This document shows positions 10,737 through 21,298 of a stretch of DNA of 64,000 nt, in pieces. Origin of the DNA: a virus; IMG/VR virus record IMGVR_UViG_3300034152_000478, positions 64,001 through 128,000 of that record. The stretch is one strand, 5' to 3'. Numbering within the stretch: the stretch's first letter is position 1; the number at the start of each line of letters is the position of its first letter. The notes under the pieces were generated by a model. The model made no database searches, was not told the origin of the DNA, and saw only the letters and a list, made by a program, of their open reading frames with translations. The translations under genes and the position numbers were made by a program.

Positions 10737-10993
10737 TAATCTGGTGGCATTTCATCAAGGGGCTCAAGAGGCATTTGACGGGGTGGCAATTCGTACTCCA
10801 TCGGTGTGTAAGAATGGAATACTTCTACAGAAACGATAATAGCTGCTATCGCCTGCCTTGATCTAATATAGCCACCGCATTTTCTTACAAGCCTGTCGGC
10901 TTCGCGCACTCTTGCAAGCACTGCCTGCTTGAATGCTTCATCATGGTTTTCGTCCTTTAACATTGCATGGGCAATCGCTTCAGCTTCGCTCAT
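10736..10993 (-). CDS. Hypothetical protein
   Basis: Operonic ORF with RBS. Confidence 0.5.
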   Translation of the reverse strand: MSEAEAIAHAMLKDENHDEAFKQAVLARVREADRLVRKCGGYIRSRQAIAAIIVSVEVFHSYTPMEYELPPRQMPLEPLDEMPPD

Positions 10994-12722
10994 TGTTAGT
11001 CTTCTCCATTAAGGCTTCAAACTTAGAAATCACCATTTCTACTGGCACATTAAGACAGCCGCGCTGTGAACAGTTCTTCCATTCGCCATGTTGGCAACGC
11101 ATACGCTTATCGCACGGCAACATTGCTATTGCGAGGTTTTTGTTAAGCGGCATATTCTTGATAGGATTTGTAAATGTCCAGACAGCAACGGTCGGTATTG
11201 CGAAACAGGCTCCAATGTGAAGTAATCCCCCGTCATTACCAATGAGACCTTTCCCTCCTGCAATAACTGCGGCAGATTCTTTAATACTGAGTCTTCCGCA
11301 GAGGTTAACGATTTTTCCTTCGCACAATGAATGTCCGGCAGCATGAAGAATTTCTTCGGCTTCTTCTTTGTCATCTTGATCTCCAAGCAAAGCGATGTTA
11401 TAGTTGGGCAATAGATGTTGAATCAATTGGGCATAGTTATTATTGCCCCAATGCTTCAAACTCCAATGTTCTTCGTGCAAATATCCTGCTGCTATACAAA
11501 TGTAATCGCGCTCTGGCACCAGGCCAAGCTCAACGCCAGCTATTTCTCGGTTCTCCTGCGTGATAAAACACTCAACAGAAGGAAACCTCTTGGGCGGATC
11601 ACAATTCATGGCATATGCCAAATCCATGTTGTAGTGAGCTTCGTGCTTGGCCCATACTCCTCCCTTTTCGGATGGCCTAATAATCTCTTTGGACAACTGC
11701 ATTGCCGCCGAATAGTAAATCGATGCAGTCGGAGAGAGTAGTAGATAATCAAATCCTCCTATTGAATGCACAAAATGATTGTGGTGTCTTGTTATCAGAT
11801 CATCTATAACTGGCCAACCTTGCAAAATGTCGCTGCCGCGTGGCCATGTTAATACTGAGATTCTCGCATCCGGATAATGATAGCGCAGAGTCTTTAACAT
11901 CGGAGTTGTCAGAATCAAATTGCCCATACCGGAATTGATAATGAAACCAATTTTCAGGCGTTCCTTGTGTTCAAAAGCTTCCGCAGGAGCCTTGGCCTGT
12001 AAAAGTGGATGATCCTTGACTATTTCTGGAATATGGCTTGTGGTGTGGAATTTGACACCGGGACGCTTCATATGCTCGCCATGTAGCTCCCACTTGAATT
12101 CCCCATGAGTCTCAGTTCTGTCGCGTATTTTGGTTAACATGCGGCTGGGGTTGCGCACATAGGAGTAGTGATAGAATTGGGCTATTGATCCTCGTGCGTG
12201 TTTAAGTACCTCGCCAGTCGGCTTGACCAAGTGGTTGGGGTCGGTGAATCTATATCCCTTGTCGACCAGAAATAAACGAGGGAAATCAATCGTGACATAA
12301 TGGAAGGCGTCATTGACAAACGTAAGCGATGTAGCGTCAAAGAATTCTGCATCCGTTCTCTGCGTAGCTGCAACAATCTTCTCCACCTCTTCAGGTTCAT
12401 AGATTTCATCAGAATCCACAATCCACATAAAGCACTTGCCAGGCACAAAATCAAAGAAGCGACTTCGTTGTTGAAGTTGGGTTGGCTCGTTGAGTAAATG
12501 AAGTTCGAGACGATCTGTTCCAAATTCATTTTGTAATCTCTGCAGAATTTCTATTGTGCCATCGGTAGAGCGAAGTTTGCCACAAGTTTTTGCGCATGTT
12601 CCCCACGATCCTTCGAAAACAATTATCTTGTCAACATAATTTATAACGCTACGAATTGATGGCTCTATAAAGGCAGACTCCTCAAAAGCAACCATGTGAA
12701 CAATCAAGGGAAATTTAGACAT
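10980..12722 (-). CDS. Bifunctional glycosyltransferase: N-terminal GT2-like plus C-terminal GT9 (heptosyltransferase-like)
   Basis: STDGTIEIL and VDSDE (GT-A DxD). [38 protein letters not shown] and a terminal 4-Cys cluster (GT9). Confidence 0.85.
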   Translation of the reverse strand: MSKFPLIVHMVAFEESAFIEPSIRSVINYVDKIIVFEGSWGTCAKTCGKLRSTDGTIEILQRLQNEFGTDRLELHLLNEPTQLQQRSRFFDFVPGKCFMWIVDSDEIYEPEEVEKIVAATQRTDAEFFDATSLTFVNDAFHYVTIDFPRLFLVDKGYRFTDPNHLVKPTGEVLKHARGSIAQFYHYSYVRNPSRMLTKIRDRTETHGEFKWELHGEHMKRPGVKFHTTSHIPEIVKDHPLLQAKAPAEAFEHKERLKIGFIINSGMGNLILTTPMLKTLRYHYPDARISVLTWPRGSDILQGWPVIDDLITRHHNHFVHSIGGFDYLLLSPTASIYYSAAMQLSKEIIRPSEKGGVWAKHEAHYNMDLAYAMNCDPPKRFPSVECFITQENREIAGVELGLVPERDYICIAAGYLHEEHWSLKHWGNNNYAQLIQHLLPNYNIALLGDQDDKEEAEEILHAAGHSLCEGKIVNLCGRLSIKESAAVIAGGKGLIGNDGGLLHIGACFAIPTVAVWTFTNPIKNMPLNKNLAIAMLPCDKRMRCQHGEWKNCSQRGCLNVPVEMVISKFEALMEKTNNERS

Positions 12723-13183
12723 GCAAATTCTCCAAAGTGATGTTTGGCTGCTTTATCATATGCTAATGCCGCTTCTTTTGCTGAATCAAAATATCCGAGA
12801 AATAGATGTTGTTTTGGTAAACTAATGAATGCTTCCCATTTGTTGTGTGATTGTTTCCAGCTCACTCCTTTAAACTTGGAGCTTTTTGATTTTGTGGTTT
12901 TTCTTTTTCTCCGTATATTATTTTGTGGTGTTATGATTCTTATATTGTGTCTTCTGTTGTCAAGACCATTGCAATTAACATGATCTACATGCCGACTATC
13001 TCCAGGCATTAATCCCAAAAGAAATCTGTGCATATAGATATATGGCCCATTTTTACCTTGGCGTCTTGCCGCATAAAAATGGTTTTTTGTTGCTATAGTG
13101 TGCCAACTGTGTTCAATCAATACACTATAGTCTTCATCATCTACGAGTGCAAATTTATTCTTGGTTAAGGGGATTTTCTTCAC
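12704..13183 (-). CDS. HNH homing endonuclease with AP2 DNA-binding domain
   Basis: [23 protein letters not shown] (HNH), SSKFKGVSW...[18 protein letters not shown] (AP2). Visibly AT-rich. Confidence 0.92.
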   Translation of the reverse strand: MKKIPLTKNKFALVDDEDYSVLIEHSWHTIATKNHFYAARRQGKNGPYIYMHRFLLGLMPGDSRHVDHVNCNGLDNRRHNIRIITPQNNIRRKRKTTKSKSSKFKGVSWKQSHNKWEAFISLPKQHLFLGYFDSAKEAALAYDKAAKHHFGEFACLNFP

Positions 13184-13199
13184 AACAGCATGCTCCTCT

Positions 13200-13220
13200 C
13201 TATATAAATATCGGTCTAAT
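13200..13220 (-). promoter_or_regulatory. Phage promoter-like motif, copy 1 (most divergent)
   Basis: Minus strand ATTAGACCGATA-TTTATA-TAG, upstream of the HNH-AP2 gene. Confidence 0.55.
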
Positions 13221-13236
13221 ATGAAATGAAATTACA

Positions 13237-13656
13237 TTAATTTTGCTTAATGTCTATGATTTCTATTTGATGATGATCACATGTCTGAACATATTCCGGA
13301 ATATAGTAGCCTTTATAATCAAGCTTACCATTTTCATCTGCAACCCACCAACCTGGACACGGCCCAGAAGCTGCTACTGGATCTTTAGTCATATCGTAGG
13401 TACCAAGCCAGGTAGTGCATATTTTGCAGCGATGTACATAGCATGCTATTTTTGACTCTGCTCTACGATCTCTGAAAATTCGCCGCAAGTCTGCCAGTTC
13501 TTCTGTTAGATTATGCAATATAGTATCAGGACATTCTTCAAGCTTATTGTTTTCTACGTAATATTTTGCTATCTCACATAACCATTGCATTTCTCTTTTG
13601 ACTGCTGCAATTTTGCCCACGAAATGCTGGAAACTATCTTCATTTATATACTGCAT
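13237..13656 (-). CDS. Hypothetical protein, Cys-containing
   Basis: 139-aa AT-rich ORF overlapping the upstream stop. Confidence 0.55.
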   Translation of the reverse strand: MQYINEDSFQHFVGKIAAVKREMQWLCEIAKYYVENNKLEECPDTILHNLTEELADLRRIFRDRRAESKIACYVHRCKICTTWLGTYDMTKDPVAASGPCPGWWVADENGKLDYKGYYIPEYVQTCDHHQIEIIDIKQN

Positions 13657-16600
13657 TTGAATGCTCCTTTCAGCGGGTGTTGCATATCCACCTGGAGAAT
13701 CAACTCCTTATCTTCTTTGATTCTTTCTTCGATATCTTCAGTCGTATTATGAGTCCAACTGTTGCGGCCATGATAAGTGCTGCTCCAGAATCCACCGCGC
13801 TTTTTCTTGGTCTCCAAATCGGCCCAGCTATAATGCACAATATGTGGCATAGCCTCTGAAATCTGTTGCATCATAGTTTTGTAGTTTTCCAGAAATTCAG
13901 CCGGAACCTCCTGGCCTTCACGGAATAGCTTTACCACCTCAATGTGTAGCTTAGCAGCTTGTGGCGGCAGAATAGAAACATGTGGCGCAATTGCCAATGT
14001 GTCCCTATCGATATACTCGCAGCCATCGCTCTTGCGCTTGTCGAACACCACTTGCATGGTTTCCGGATCGAAATCACGTGCTTCGCCATATACGCCATGG
14101 ATAATTTTTGGATCGTTTTTGCTCAATCTCCACTTCCAGATAGAATCATCCACTCTGATGGTGTTGTCGCCACCATACATGTTGATTACTGGGAAGTCGA
14201 AAATCGGCACCTTGCGATTAGCTCGTATCAGGTCGCGTATCTGTCCCGGATGTGGTTCAACCAGCATTTCATCAGCATCAAGCTGTATCAGATACTCACC
14301 CGTGCACTGCTGACGTGCCCATGTCTTCTCGTTGCCCATGAGCATTGGATCGTCCATGTCCCACTCATGCTGCAATACCTTGAGTTTTGGCTCATTCTTT
14401 GCAAGAAACTGCAGGTCTTCGAAGGTGCCGTCAGTAGATCCACCATCGACTATCACAAATTCGTCTGCAACTTTCAGTGCCTCCTTAATACATGCTATAT
14501 ATGGAAAGCGATTTTCATTGCCATTCTTGATGATGCAATATGCTGATATGTTAATAGGCTTGGGTGGCTTAATGTGTTCATTACCAAGCTCTTCGCGCAT
14601 TGCATCAACAATAGTGTCGGGAACAATATTGTCGATACACTTTGGCTTGCCCTGCTTCTTCTGGATACATTCGACAAGATGGCAGCTTGTGTAGCAGCCA
14701 CTGCGATTCTCTGGCTCAATAGCCTTGCTATTCTGTATGCCCCCCTGGCGAGCATAGGTACCACCATATACGACAATGGATCGAGTATTCACTGCAGAGG
14801 CAACATGCGCAGGAAATGAATCAAGTCCTACGTGTAATGCCGCATTCTCAATAAGATAGGCAAGCTGCTGTGGTGTGGTCTCTCCGCGCATGTCCACCAC
14901 ATCGGGATGCTCTAATAGCGGTTCATCTTTGCTCCCTATTTGTACTATCTTAACACCATGGACACGAGAAAACACCTCTTCCCAGTTGCTATAGTCTTTA
15001 GGATCTTGAGTAGTCTTGGCATGGAAGGTAATGTATTTGCCTTCAAAGGGTAGTTCGACTGGCTCTTTCCCGATTCTTATCTTCTTACGCACCTCGTCAT
15101 CGGTTAGGGACAGCCCACACAAGTGTCCGTATGTTACAGCTAAAGAGTCGCCTTTGCCACCATGAATCCAGTGAGGTATTCTCTGTGTCACAATGAATGG
15201 ACAGAAGCACAAATCCACAAACCCACGAGCCGGACCGAATGGCTCTGCTGATCTGTAGTTCAATAGATTGTCATCGTATTCAAACACCTTGGAGATGACA
15301 GGATTATCTTTCAGAATGGGAAAATAGCGCTTTTCTGTGGCGAAATAGATAGTTGCCTCTGGATACTTTTCTTTCAGTGCCTTAATGACTGCTGTAGACA
15401 ATAGCACATCGCCAGCAGTTTGAGGCATGCAATACATGATCCTAAACTTGTCATCTGGATTCATTTCTTCTGCTATTTGCTCAAGCGGATTCTTAGATAT
15501 TACAACCTCTCCAGGCTTCTTGTCTTTTGATCCCTTGATCATTTCAATAGCGTGATTTTTAGCTTCAGTAATATTGCGGAAGTACTTTTCGATTTCTTCT
15601 CTTGGTTGTCCACGCTCTATGTTGCCAAGCCAGTTGGTCATGCCTTCTTCATCAGGCTCACGACCCAGTAGTTGTTTGTAGCATTCTACAATGAACTCCC
15701 TGTCGTTCAATCCTTCTTTTTCAGCCAGGCTTTCCTCTGGCATACTTAGTGGCTCTTCATCGGTGTCCCAGGTTTCATTGCGGTCTTTGATCTCTATGCT
15801 GTCGAGAATCCACTCCCACTTCTTAGCAGTCAAATCCCAGTTGTAATGTGTCTCGATGCATTCGCGGGCGGCACGACCGAGCTTTTCTATCATGCCTTTT
15901 TTCCTGAATAGCTTAGTGAGCTTTTCGACAAAAACTTCTCTGTCAAACCAATGCCTCCATTGCATTGTCTCACTCTCAGTTTCCAGGTCGCCTCTTACTG
16001 GGATGCCGCCGCCATTACGTGCCTTCTCATAAAGCGCCGCATAATCACTCATGATAACTGGCACGCCACAAGCTTTTGCGTTTTGCACTGGCATTCCATC
16101 ACCTTCGGCGATGCTCATTTGGATATATACATCCATCAGTCCGAAGATATTAGCAAAGTGCTCGTCTGGTAGTCCCACTTGTGTATTCGGAGTATCAAAC
16201 GTGGAATTTTTGCAGTTCGGACATTGGGCGGGTGAGCCTATAAAAGTACTAACACCAAACGTGCCACACTTAGTACACAGATAGGTGAAGTAAACCTCAC
16301 CCTCAAGTCCTTCTCTTCTGATGGCTTCTGGGATATCAAACCCAACATCCCTGACTCCGGTGTGTAGCAACAGCTTGATGTTATCAATATCTTTAATGCG
16401 CTTCTTTTGAGGGTCAGGATGCATCCAGCCATTGGCGTCTTTGAACATCCTAAAGGACTCAATGATTCTTGGAAACAGCTTTCGCTTCTGGTTGCGCATA
16501 ACTGTGCCGACAAAGCGAACTCGTGGGTCGATGTTGAATCTCGCCTTAATCTGGTTCTTGTCCATCGGCTTGAATGTTTCAATGTCAATGCCAGGCTGAC

Positions 16601-17291
16601 ATACAGCCTTAACATCTAAGGGAGGTAGCTTAATGCGCCCTGCCAGTTCACAACGGGATTGCTCCTCCAAGACGCGCTTGCCAAAATTACTGTAGGCGAT
16701 CAACGTGTCTGTCTGACTATAGGTGTTCAGCCACTTCCACTGCTGTGGATACGAGTCCACACAAGCCATGATAATCCAGTGAAATTTGTCACGCAGAATA
16801 CTGTCCTGCTGCCAAAACACCATCCACCAATCGCGGATATCGATAACTACATCGGGGCGAAAATCAAGCAGTACAGCCTCAAAGCGCCACTTGCCAAACT
16901 GATTGTACTGGTAGCGGGCCTGTTGTTCTGGAGTGCCTCGCGGATTGCCATACGCGTTTTGACCATGTTGATCATTAGGATCTGGGAGATTGCCATAATA
17001 TCTCCATGGCAGTTGTTGTCCGCGTGGATCGCTCTGTGCTGCATATGAGCCAAACTCTGCCAGCTCATATTTCCCTGTTTGAGCCAGCCTTGTCAGAACG
17101 TGGCGACAATAAGTAGAGAAGCCAGTTTGCAGGAAGCTGGCTTCTGAAACAAACAGCATACGCAGCTTTTCTTTGCGTTTCGGCAGCTTGTCTATTTCGT
17201 TCTGGAGTTTTTCGATAGTCCAAGGTTCTTGAAAGTCAGCTCCGCTTATCTTGGGGAGCTTACCAGGCTTATTGGTTTCTTCGTTCTTCAC
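13644..17291 (-). CDS. Multidomain glycosyltransferase: GT4 + DUF4214-like + GT9 + GT2
   Basis: TGFSTY, MRNQKRK, AEGDGMPVQNAKACGVPVI (GT4). FIVECYKQLLGREPDEEG (DUF4214-like). AGDVLLSTAVIKALKEKYP and GLDSFPAHVASA (GT9). VDGGSTDGT and QLDADE (GT2). GTG start. Confidence 0.88.
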   Translation of the reverse strand: MKNEETNKPGKLPKISGADFQEPWTIEKLQNEIDKLPKRKEKLRMLFVSEASFLQTGFSTYCRHVLTRLAQTGKYELAEFGSYAAQSDPRGQQLPWRYYGNLPDPNDQHGQNAYGNPRGTPEQQARYQYNQFGKWRFEAVLLDFRPDVVIDIRDWWMVFWQQDSILRDKFHWIIMACVDSYPQQWKWLNTYSQTDTLIAYSNFGKRVLEEQSRCELAGRIKLPPLDVKAVCQPGIDIETFKPMDKNQIKARFNIDPRVRFVGTVMRNQKRKLFPRIIESFRMFKDANGWMHPDPQKKRIKDIDNIKLLLHTGVRDVGFDIPEAIRREGLEGEVYFTYLCTKCGTFGVSTFIGSPAQCPNCKNSTFDTPNTQVGLPDEHFANIFGLMDVYIQMSIAEGDGMPVQNAKACGVPVIMSDYAALYEKARNGGGIPVRGDLETESETMQWRHWFDREVFVEKLTKLFRKKGMIEKLGRAARECIETHYNWDLTAKKWEWILDSIEIKDRNETWDTDEEPLSMPEESLAEKEGLNDREFIVECYKQLLGREPDEEGMTNWLGNIERGQPREEIEKYFRNITEAKNHAIEMIKGSKDKKPGEVVISKNPLEQIAEEMNPDDKFRIMYCMPQTAGDVLLSTAVIKALKEKYPEATIYFATEKRYFPILKDNPVISKVFEYDDNLLNYRSAEPFGPARGFVDLCFCPFIVTQRIPHWIHGGKGDSLAVTYGHLCGLSLTDDEVRKKIRIGKEPVELPFEGKYITFHAKTTQDPKDYSNWEEVFSRVHGVKIVQIGSKDEPLLEHPDVVDMRGETTPQQLAYLIENAALHVGLDSFPAHVASAVNTRSIVVYGGTYARQGGIQNSKAIEPENRSGCYTSCHLVECIQKKQGKPKCIDNIVPDTIVDAMREELGNEHIKPPKPINISAYCIIKNGNENRFPYIACIKEALKVADEFVIVDGGSTDGTFEDLQFLAKNEPKLKVLQHEWDMDDPMLMGNEKTWARQQCTGEYLIQLDADEMLVEPHPGQIRDLIRANRKVPIFDFPVINMYGGDNTIRVDDSIWKWRLSKNDPKIIHGVYGEARDFDPETMQVVFDKRKSDGCEYIDRDTLAIAPHVSILPPQAAKLHIEVVKLFREGQEVPAEFLENYKTMMQQISEAMPHIVHYSWADLETKKKRGGFWSSTYHGRNSWTHNTTEDIEERIKEDKELILQVDMQHPLKGAFKCSI

Positions 17292-17394
17292 ATCCCTCTC
17301 CGAAAAAAAAGAGGGACGCTGCCAGTTTGATTATTCGTTGTACAAAGCTGCGGCAACGAGTGAGGAGCTATAATAGGAGAGTGGCAGCGCCCCC
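17292..17394 (-). promoter_or_regulatory. Structured intergenic RNA: terminator-like long stem or alternative SD-sequestering hairpin
   Basis: GGGGCGCUGCCA pairs with UGGCAGCGUCCC, followed by UC-U8. Alternatively GUCCCUCU pairs with AGAGGGAU over the RBS. Confidence 0.55.
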
Positions 17395-17419
17395 GTGTCC
17401 CAACCCATCCTTTTCTGTC

Positions 17420-17857
17420 TTAGAACGGTATCTCGTTATCGTTCTCAGGTTCGTCTGCTGCTACTGGTCGTGCGGGCTCTGCCCTGATCTCGGTTGGTGG
17501 CGCAGGCTCAGTCCGTGCTGGCGGGGCTGCACTGTCACTACTTTCCTCATACACAGGACTTTCAACAAGCAGAAAGCGGTTAGATTTGATGTACAGCTTT
17601 GTGCGCTTCTGACCTTCATTGTTCTCCCAGCGATCCTGGCGAAGAACTCCCTCAAGCAAGACACGACATTTGTCAGTCATCATCTTGTCTGCTTGTTCCG
17701 CAATCTTCCCCCACATTACCACGTCGAGCATGGTCAGCGGTGTTTTAGCGTTGTCTTTTACGCCGACTCGAAGATTCAGAACAGCGTTGCCGTTCTTTGT
17801 GTAGCGAAGTTCCTTTTCGTAAACTCGGCCAACGATTGAAACGTGATTGTCGATCAT
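17420..17857 (-). CDS. ssb: Single-stranded DNA-binding protein
   Basis: NHVSIVGR, ELRYTKNGNAV, DVVMWGKIAE, EGVLRQDRWE, acidic tail ending EIPF. GGAGG RBS before MIDNH. Confidence 0.93.
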   Translation of the reverse strand: MIDNHVSIVGRVYEKELRYTKNGNAVLNLRVGVKDNAKTPLTMLDVVMWGKIAEQADKMMTDKCRVLLEGVLRQDRWENNEGQKRTKLYIKSNRFLLVESPVYEESSDSAAPPARTEPAPPTEIRAEPARPVAADEPENDNEIPF

Positions 17858-17904
17858 TAAAATACCTCCCTTGTCTCTAAATGGTACACCGTTGAACAAT
17901 CACT

Positions 17905-17929
17905 CTACTATACTATCGGTCCGATTTGC
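17905..17929 (-). promoter_or_regulatory. Phage promoter-like motif, copy 2
   Basis: Minus strand GCAAATCGGACCGATA-GTATAG-TAG, between dnaE and ssb. Confidence 0.7.
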
Positions 17930-17941
17930 AGAAAAACTACA

Positions 17942-20900
17942 CTATTTTAATAGTTTTTCTGGGATTTCGCACCTATTAACTACAAAAGAGCCGTATCCTG
18001 ATATCTGACCAGTTAATAACAGGACTGGCATATGCTTCATCATTTGGTAATACTGTTCAAATGCTTCTGAGAACATCGCAGCAGGAAACATGCCTTCATT
18101 GTCGTACACCTGAAACATGGCAAAAGTTTTGTCGCCTTTCTCGATAACCCTAATGTCGCTTGGGCAAGCTAATACCTCATAGTCGACTTTGCGTCTGCCT
18201 CCACGTTGCAGTGTCCCCACATTGACTGTCCGGTTGCTTCCCTGATAAGCCATGGTTCTACAGTATTTGATCGAGATTCCGAGCAGCTCATGTTCGATCT
18301 GAGCCATTTTCTCCATATCCATTTTGGGCTCTTCATCCAATAGCTGCTTGATCTTGTCATTGCGTACTTTCTCTCGGTGTTCCTCCAGCCATTCGCGTGC
18401 TGCTTCTATGAATGATTTGCCTTCTGTATTGGCAAGATAGTTATCATGAATCATTTCCCGTCTTTTGGGCGTCAGCGCATAGAACACTTCAAACTCTCGC
18501 GCCATGTGCAACCTGCTTTCATAATGATCCTTAACCATCCAGTCGTAAGCTCCTGCCATTATCAACGTATCTAACAGGGCACGACCGATATTGCGGGTAT
18601 TGATCATATGCTGTAGGTCGGCCGGTGTGTCTGCAGCTTGTAAAAACTGTATCTGCTTTTTGGCTGACTTCCCGATTCCTTTGATGTGTCCAAGACCGTA
18701 GTAGATTGCATCATCATGTATCTCGAAATCAAAATTGGCCATCTTGATATTGGGTGGCTGTACCGTAATTCCGTAGTTTTTGGCATCGTAATACAGCTCC
18801 GCAACTTCTTCGTGAGGCTTCTGTTCCTGAACGCTCATTTGCAACATGGCCAGGAAGAACTCCAAAGGATAATGTCTCTTGTAATAAGCCATCACGTAGC
18901 CAAGCATGGCATAGCCGACTGAGTGCGACTTGTTGAATGAATAGCCAGCTCCAGCTTCCAATAGGGTCCACAGCTTTTCAGTTTCTTCCTGTGAATATCC
19001 GTGCGTCTCCATGCCCTTGGCAAACTTGTCTTTGTGTTGTGCCATTACTTCTGGCAGCTTCTTGCCAATAGCCTTACGCAAATTGTCTGCCTCGCTCAGA
19101 CTGTAGCCCGCAAGCTGTTTGACCATTTCAATGGCCTGCTCTTGATACAACAGAATGCCATAGGTTGTAGCCAGCACAGAGGCAAGATCGTTGTGCACAT
19201 ACTCAATTGAGCCGCTGTTTTTATTGGCAACATAAGTATCGGCCATGCCCGTATCGAGTACGGCTGGCCTAATCATTGCGATAATGTCTGACCATTCTTC
19301 CAAAGAATGCGGTCGTACTTTTTGACACCAGGCTTTACCTAAGTAAGATTCTATCTGGAAGATTCCTTTTGTAAAACCCCTGGTTACCATGCGAAAAACA
19401 TCTGGGCTATCAAAGCGTTCAGACTCTAATGGATCATGTATAGCTTCACGTGCTTCGAGAATATCACGAATGCGGTTGACAACTGTAACTGACTTAACGC
19501 CTAAGATATCCAACTTCAGAAAGCCAAGCTTCTCCAATGTGTACATGTCCCAGCCAGTTAGCTGTTTCTTGTGTGTGGCATCATAGCTGATCGGGACCTT
19601 GCCTTCAATCGGTTTATCAGAAACAAGTATGGCGCATGCGTGGCTACTACGCTGTCTTCTGCAGCCTTCCAGGCGCAAGGCGTGCTTAAAGAGCATTTTC
19701 AACATGCGACTGCGATGGCGGATCTTTTTGTTCAACTCGGCTCTTAAGGCTTGACTATCCGCTGTCTCCAGCTCTGCCTCCCATGCTTCTATGTCGCTAT
19801 CGCGCCCCTCTGACATTTCGTGGATCTCTTTAGATTGTCCGATAGCATCTTTGACTGTATTGCACTTATGTGGGAAACAGGCAGTAATACGATTGAGATA
19901 ATTGAATTGCATACCTATGCCGCGCCCAACATCTTTCAGGGCAGCCTTACCGGCCAGCTTTGAAACTGTGGCCATTGGAAAAATCTTGTCTTCGCCGAAT
20001 GTCTTTCTTAGATAGGAGATAATATGTTCGCGGCGCAAGACGCAGAAGTCAAGGTCGATATCTGGCATGCTGCCTTTGCGACCCCGGTTATAGAAGCGCT
20101 CCCAAAAGAGACCATACTTGATGGGATCGATGCGGGTGATATCCAATACATAAGAAACCAGACTTCCTCCAGCGGAACCGCGACTATATCCTCTTGGTAT
20201 GCCATGTCTGTCTCCGTCCTTGACAACGTCATGAACAATCATGAAGTAGTGCTGTAGGTTGGCTTCTTTAATATCTGCCAGCTCAGTTTTGATTCTCTCT
20301 ACATATTCTGTATCGGCCTTGGTGAACATTTTACGGCGCATGACTTCTTTGCGACAGCGATCCACCAACAATTCATATACTTCGTCGTCACTCATGTCTT
20401 GACGATATCGTGGCATGTGCGCTGTGGCATCGAAGCTGATGGTCACGTTGCATCTTTCGGCTATTTCGAGCGATCGAGTTATCTCATCTGGCTCAAAGCG
20501 CACAAGCATTTCATCGTATGTTTGGACATAATAATCTTCGCCGCTGAACTTAATCCTTCCGGCTTTATTGCTGTCGGTCTTAACAGGGTCAAGTATAGAC
20601 TTCTTGCTCGATATTGCTTTCCAAATTTCATGCGAGAACGCGTCCTCCTTGAGAACATAATGGACATCATTAGTTGCCACAAGAGGAACACCAAGGCGCT
20701 TACTAAAATCCCGGCTAACATCTATGATTACCTCTTGCTCTGGTATGTGTTTAACATGTCTTCGATTGACATTCTGTATTTCCAGGTAAAACCTATCGCC
20801 AAAAGCTTCCTTGAATTGTAATGTCAGCGCTTCTGCCTTCTTGACATCATGCAGCATCCAGTGTGGTATTAATCCATGCATACATGCGGTAAGCACAATA

Positions 20901-21298
20901 ATGCCTTCGTTATGCCTAAATAATTGGTCAACATCGATTCTGGCACTATAATAGAAGCCTCCACCTTGGTCTATGGGGGTGTTGGCATAACTCATCAGTT
21001 TGATGATGTTTTCCCAGCCAGTATTGTTTTCGGCCAGTAGAACAACATGCTTGGCTGAGCGTTCTTTATCTGCTGTACGCTCGACGATGTATGCCTCTAC
21101 TCCAAGAATGGGCTTGACTTCTTGCTTGCGACATTCCTGGTAGAACTCGATTGCACCCATAATGTGGCCATGGTCAGTAATGGAAAGCGCCGGATATCCA
21201 AGCTCTTTAGCTCGTTTTACCAACTCTGGTATCTGGGCAATAGAATCCTGATATGAAAAGTCAGTGTGGTTGTGAAGGCTAACGTATTGACTACTCAT
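17942..21298 (-). CDS. dnaE: DNA polymerase III alpha subunit (family C)
   Basis: PHP domain SLHNHTDFS, ITDHG, ATNDVHY; RGSAGGSLV; MPDIDLDF; KLDILG; GYSFNKSHS. Confidence 0.96.
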   Translation of the reverse strand: MSSQYVSLHNHTDFSYQDSIAQIPELVKRAKELGYPALSITDHGHIMGAIEFYQECRKQEVKPILGVEAYIVERTADKERSAKHVVLLAENNTGWENIIKLMSYANTPIDQGGGFYYSARIDVDQLFRHNEGIIVLTACMHGLIPHWMLHDVKKAEALTLQFKEAFGDRFYLEIQNVNRRHVKHIPEQEVIIDVSRDFSKRLGVPLVATNDVHYVLKEDAFSHEIWKAISSKKSILDPVKTDSNKAGRIKFSGEDYYVQTYDEMLVRFEPDEITRSLEIAERCNVTISFDATAHMPRYRQDMSDDEVYELLVDRCRKEVMRRKMFTKADTEYVERIKTELADIKEANLQHYFMIVHDVVKDGDRHGIPRGYSRGSAGGSLVSYVLDITRIDPIKYGLFWERFYNRGRKGSMPDIDLDFCVLRREHIISYLRKTFGEDKIFPMATVSKLAGKAALKDVGRGIGMQFNYLNRITACFPHKCNTVKDAIGQSKEIHEMSEGRDSDIEAWEAELETADSQALRAELNKKIRHRSRMLKMLFKHALRLEGCRRQRSSHACAILVSDKPIEGKVPISYDATHKKQLTGWDMYTLEKLGFLKLDILGVKSVTVVNRIRDILEAREAIHDPLESERFDSPDVFRMVTRGFTKGIFQIESYLGKAWCQKVRPHSLEEWSDIIAMIRPAVLDTGMADTYVANKNSGSIEYVHNDLASVLATTYGILLYQEQAIEMVKQLAGYSLSEADNLRKAIGKKLPEVMAQHKDKFAKGMETHGYSQEETEKLWTLLEAGAGYSFNKSHSVGYAMLGYVMAYYKRHYPLEFFLAMLQMSVQEQKPHEEVAELYYDAKNYGITVQPPNIKMANFDFEIHDDAIYYGLGHIKGIGKSAKKQIQFLQAADTPADLQHMINTRNIGRALLDTLIMAGAYDWMVKDHYESRLHMAREFEVFYALTPKRREMIHDNYLANTEGKSFIEAAREWLEEHREKVRNDKIKQLLDEEPKMDMEKMAQIEHELLGISIKYCRTMAYQGSNRTVNVGTLQRGGRRKVDYEVLACPSDIRVIEKGDKTFAMFQVYDNEGMFPAAMFSEAFEQYYQMMKHMPVLLLTGQISGYGSFVVNRCEIPEKLLK

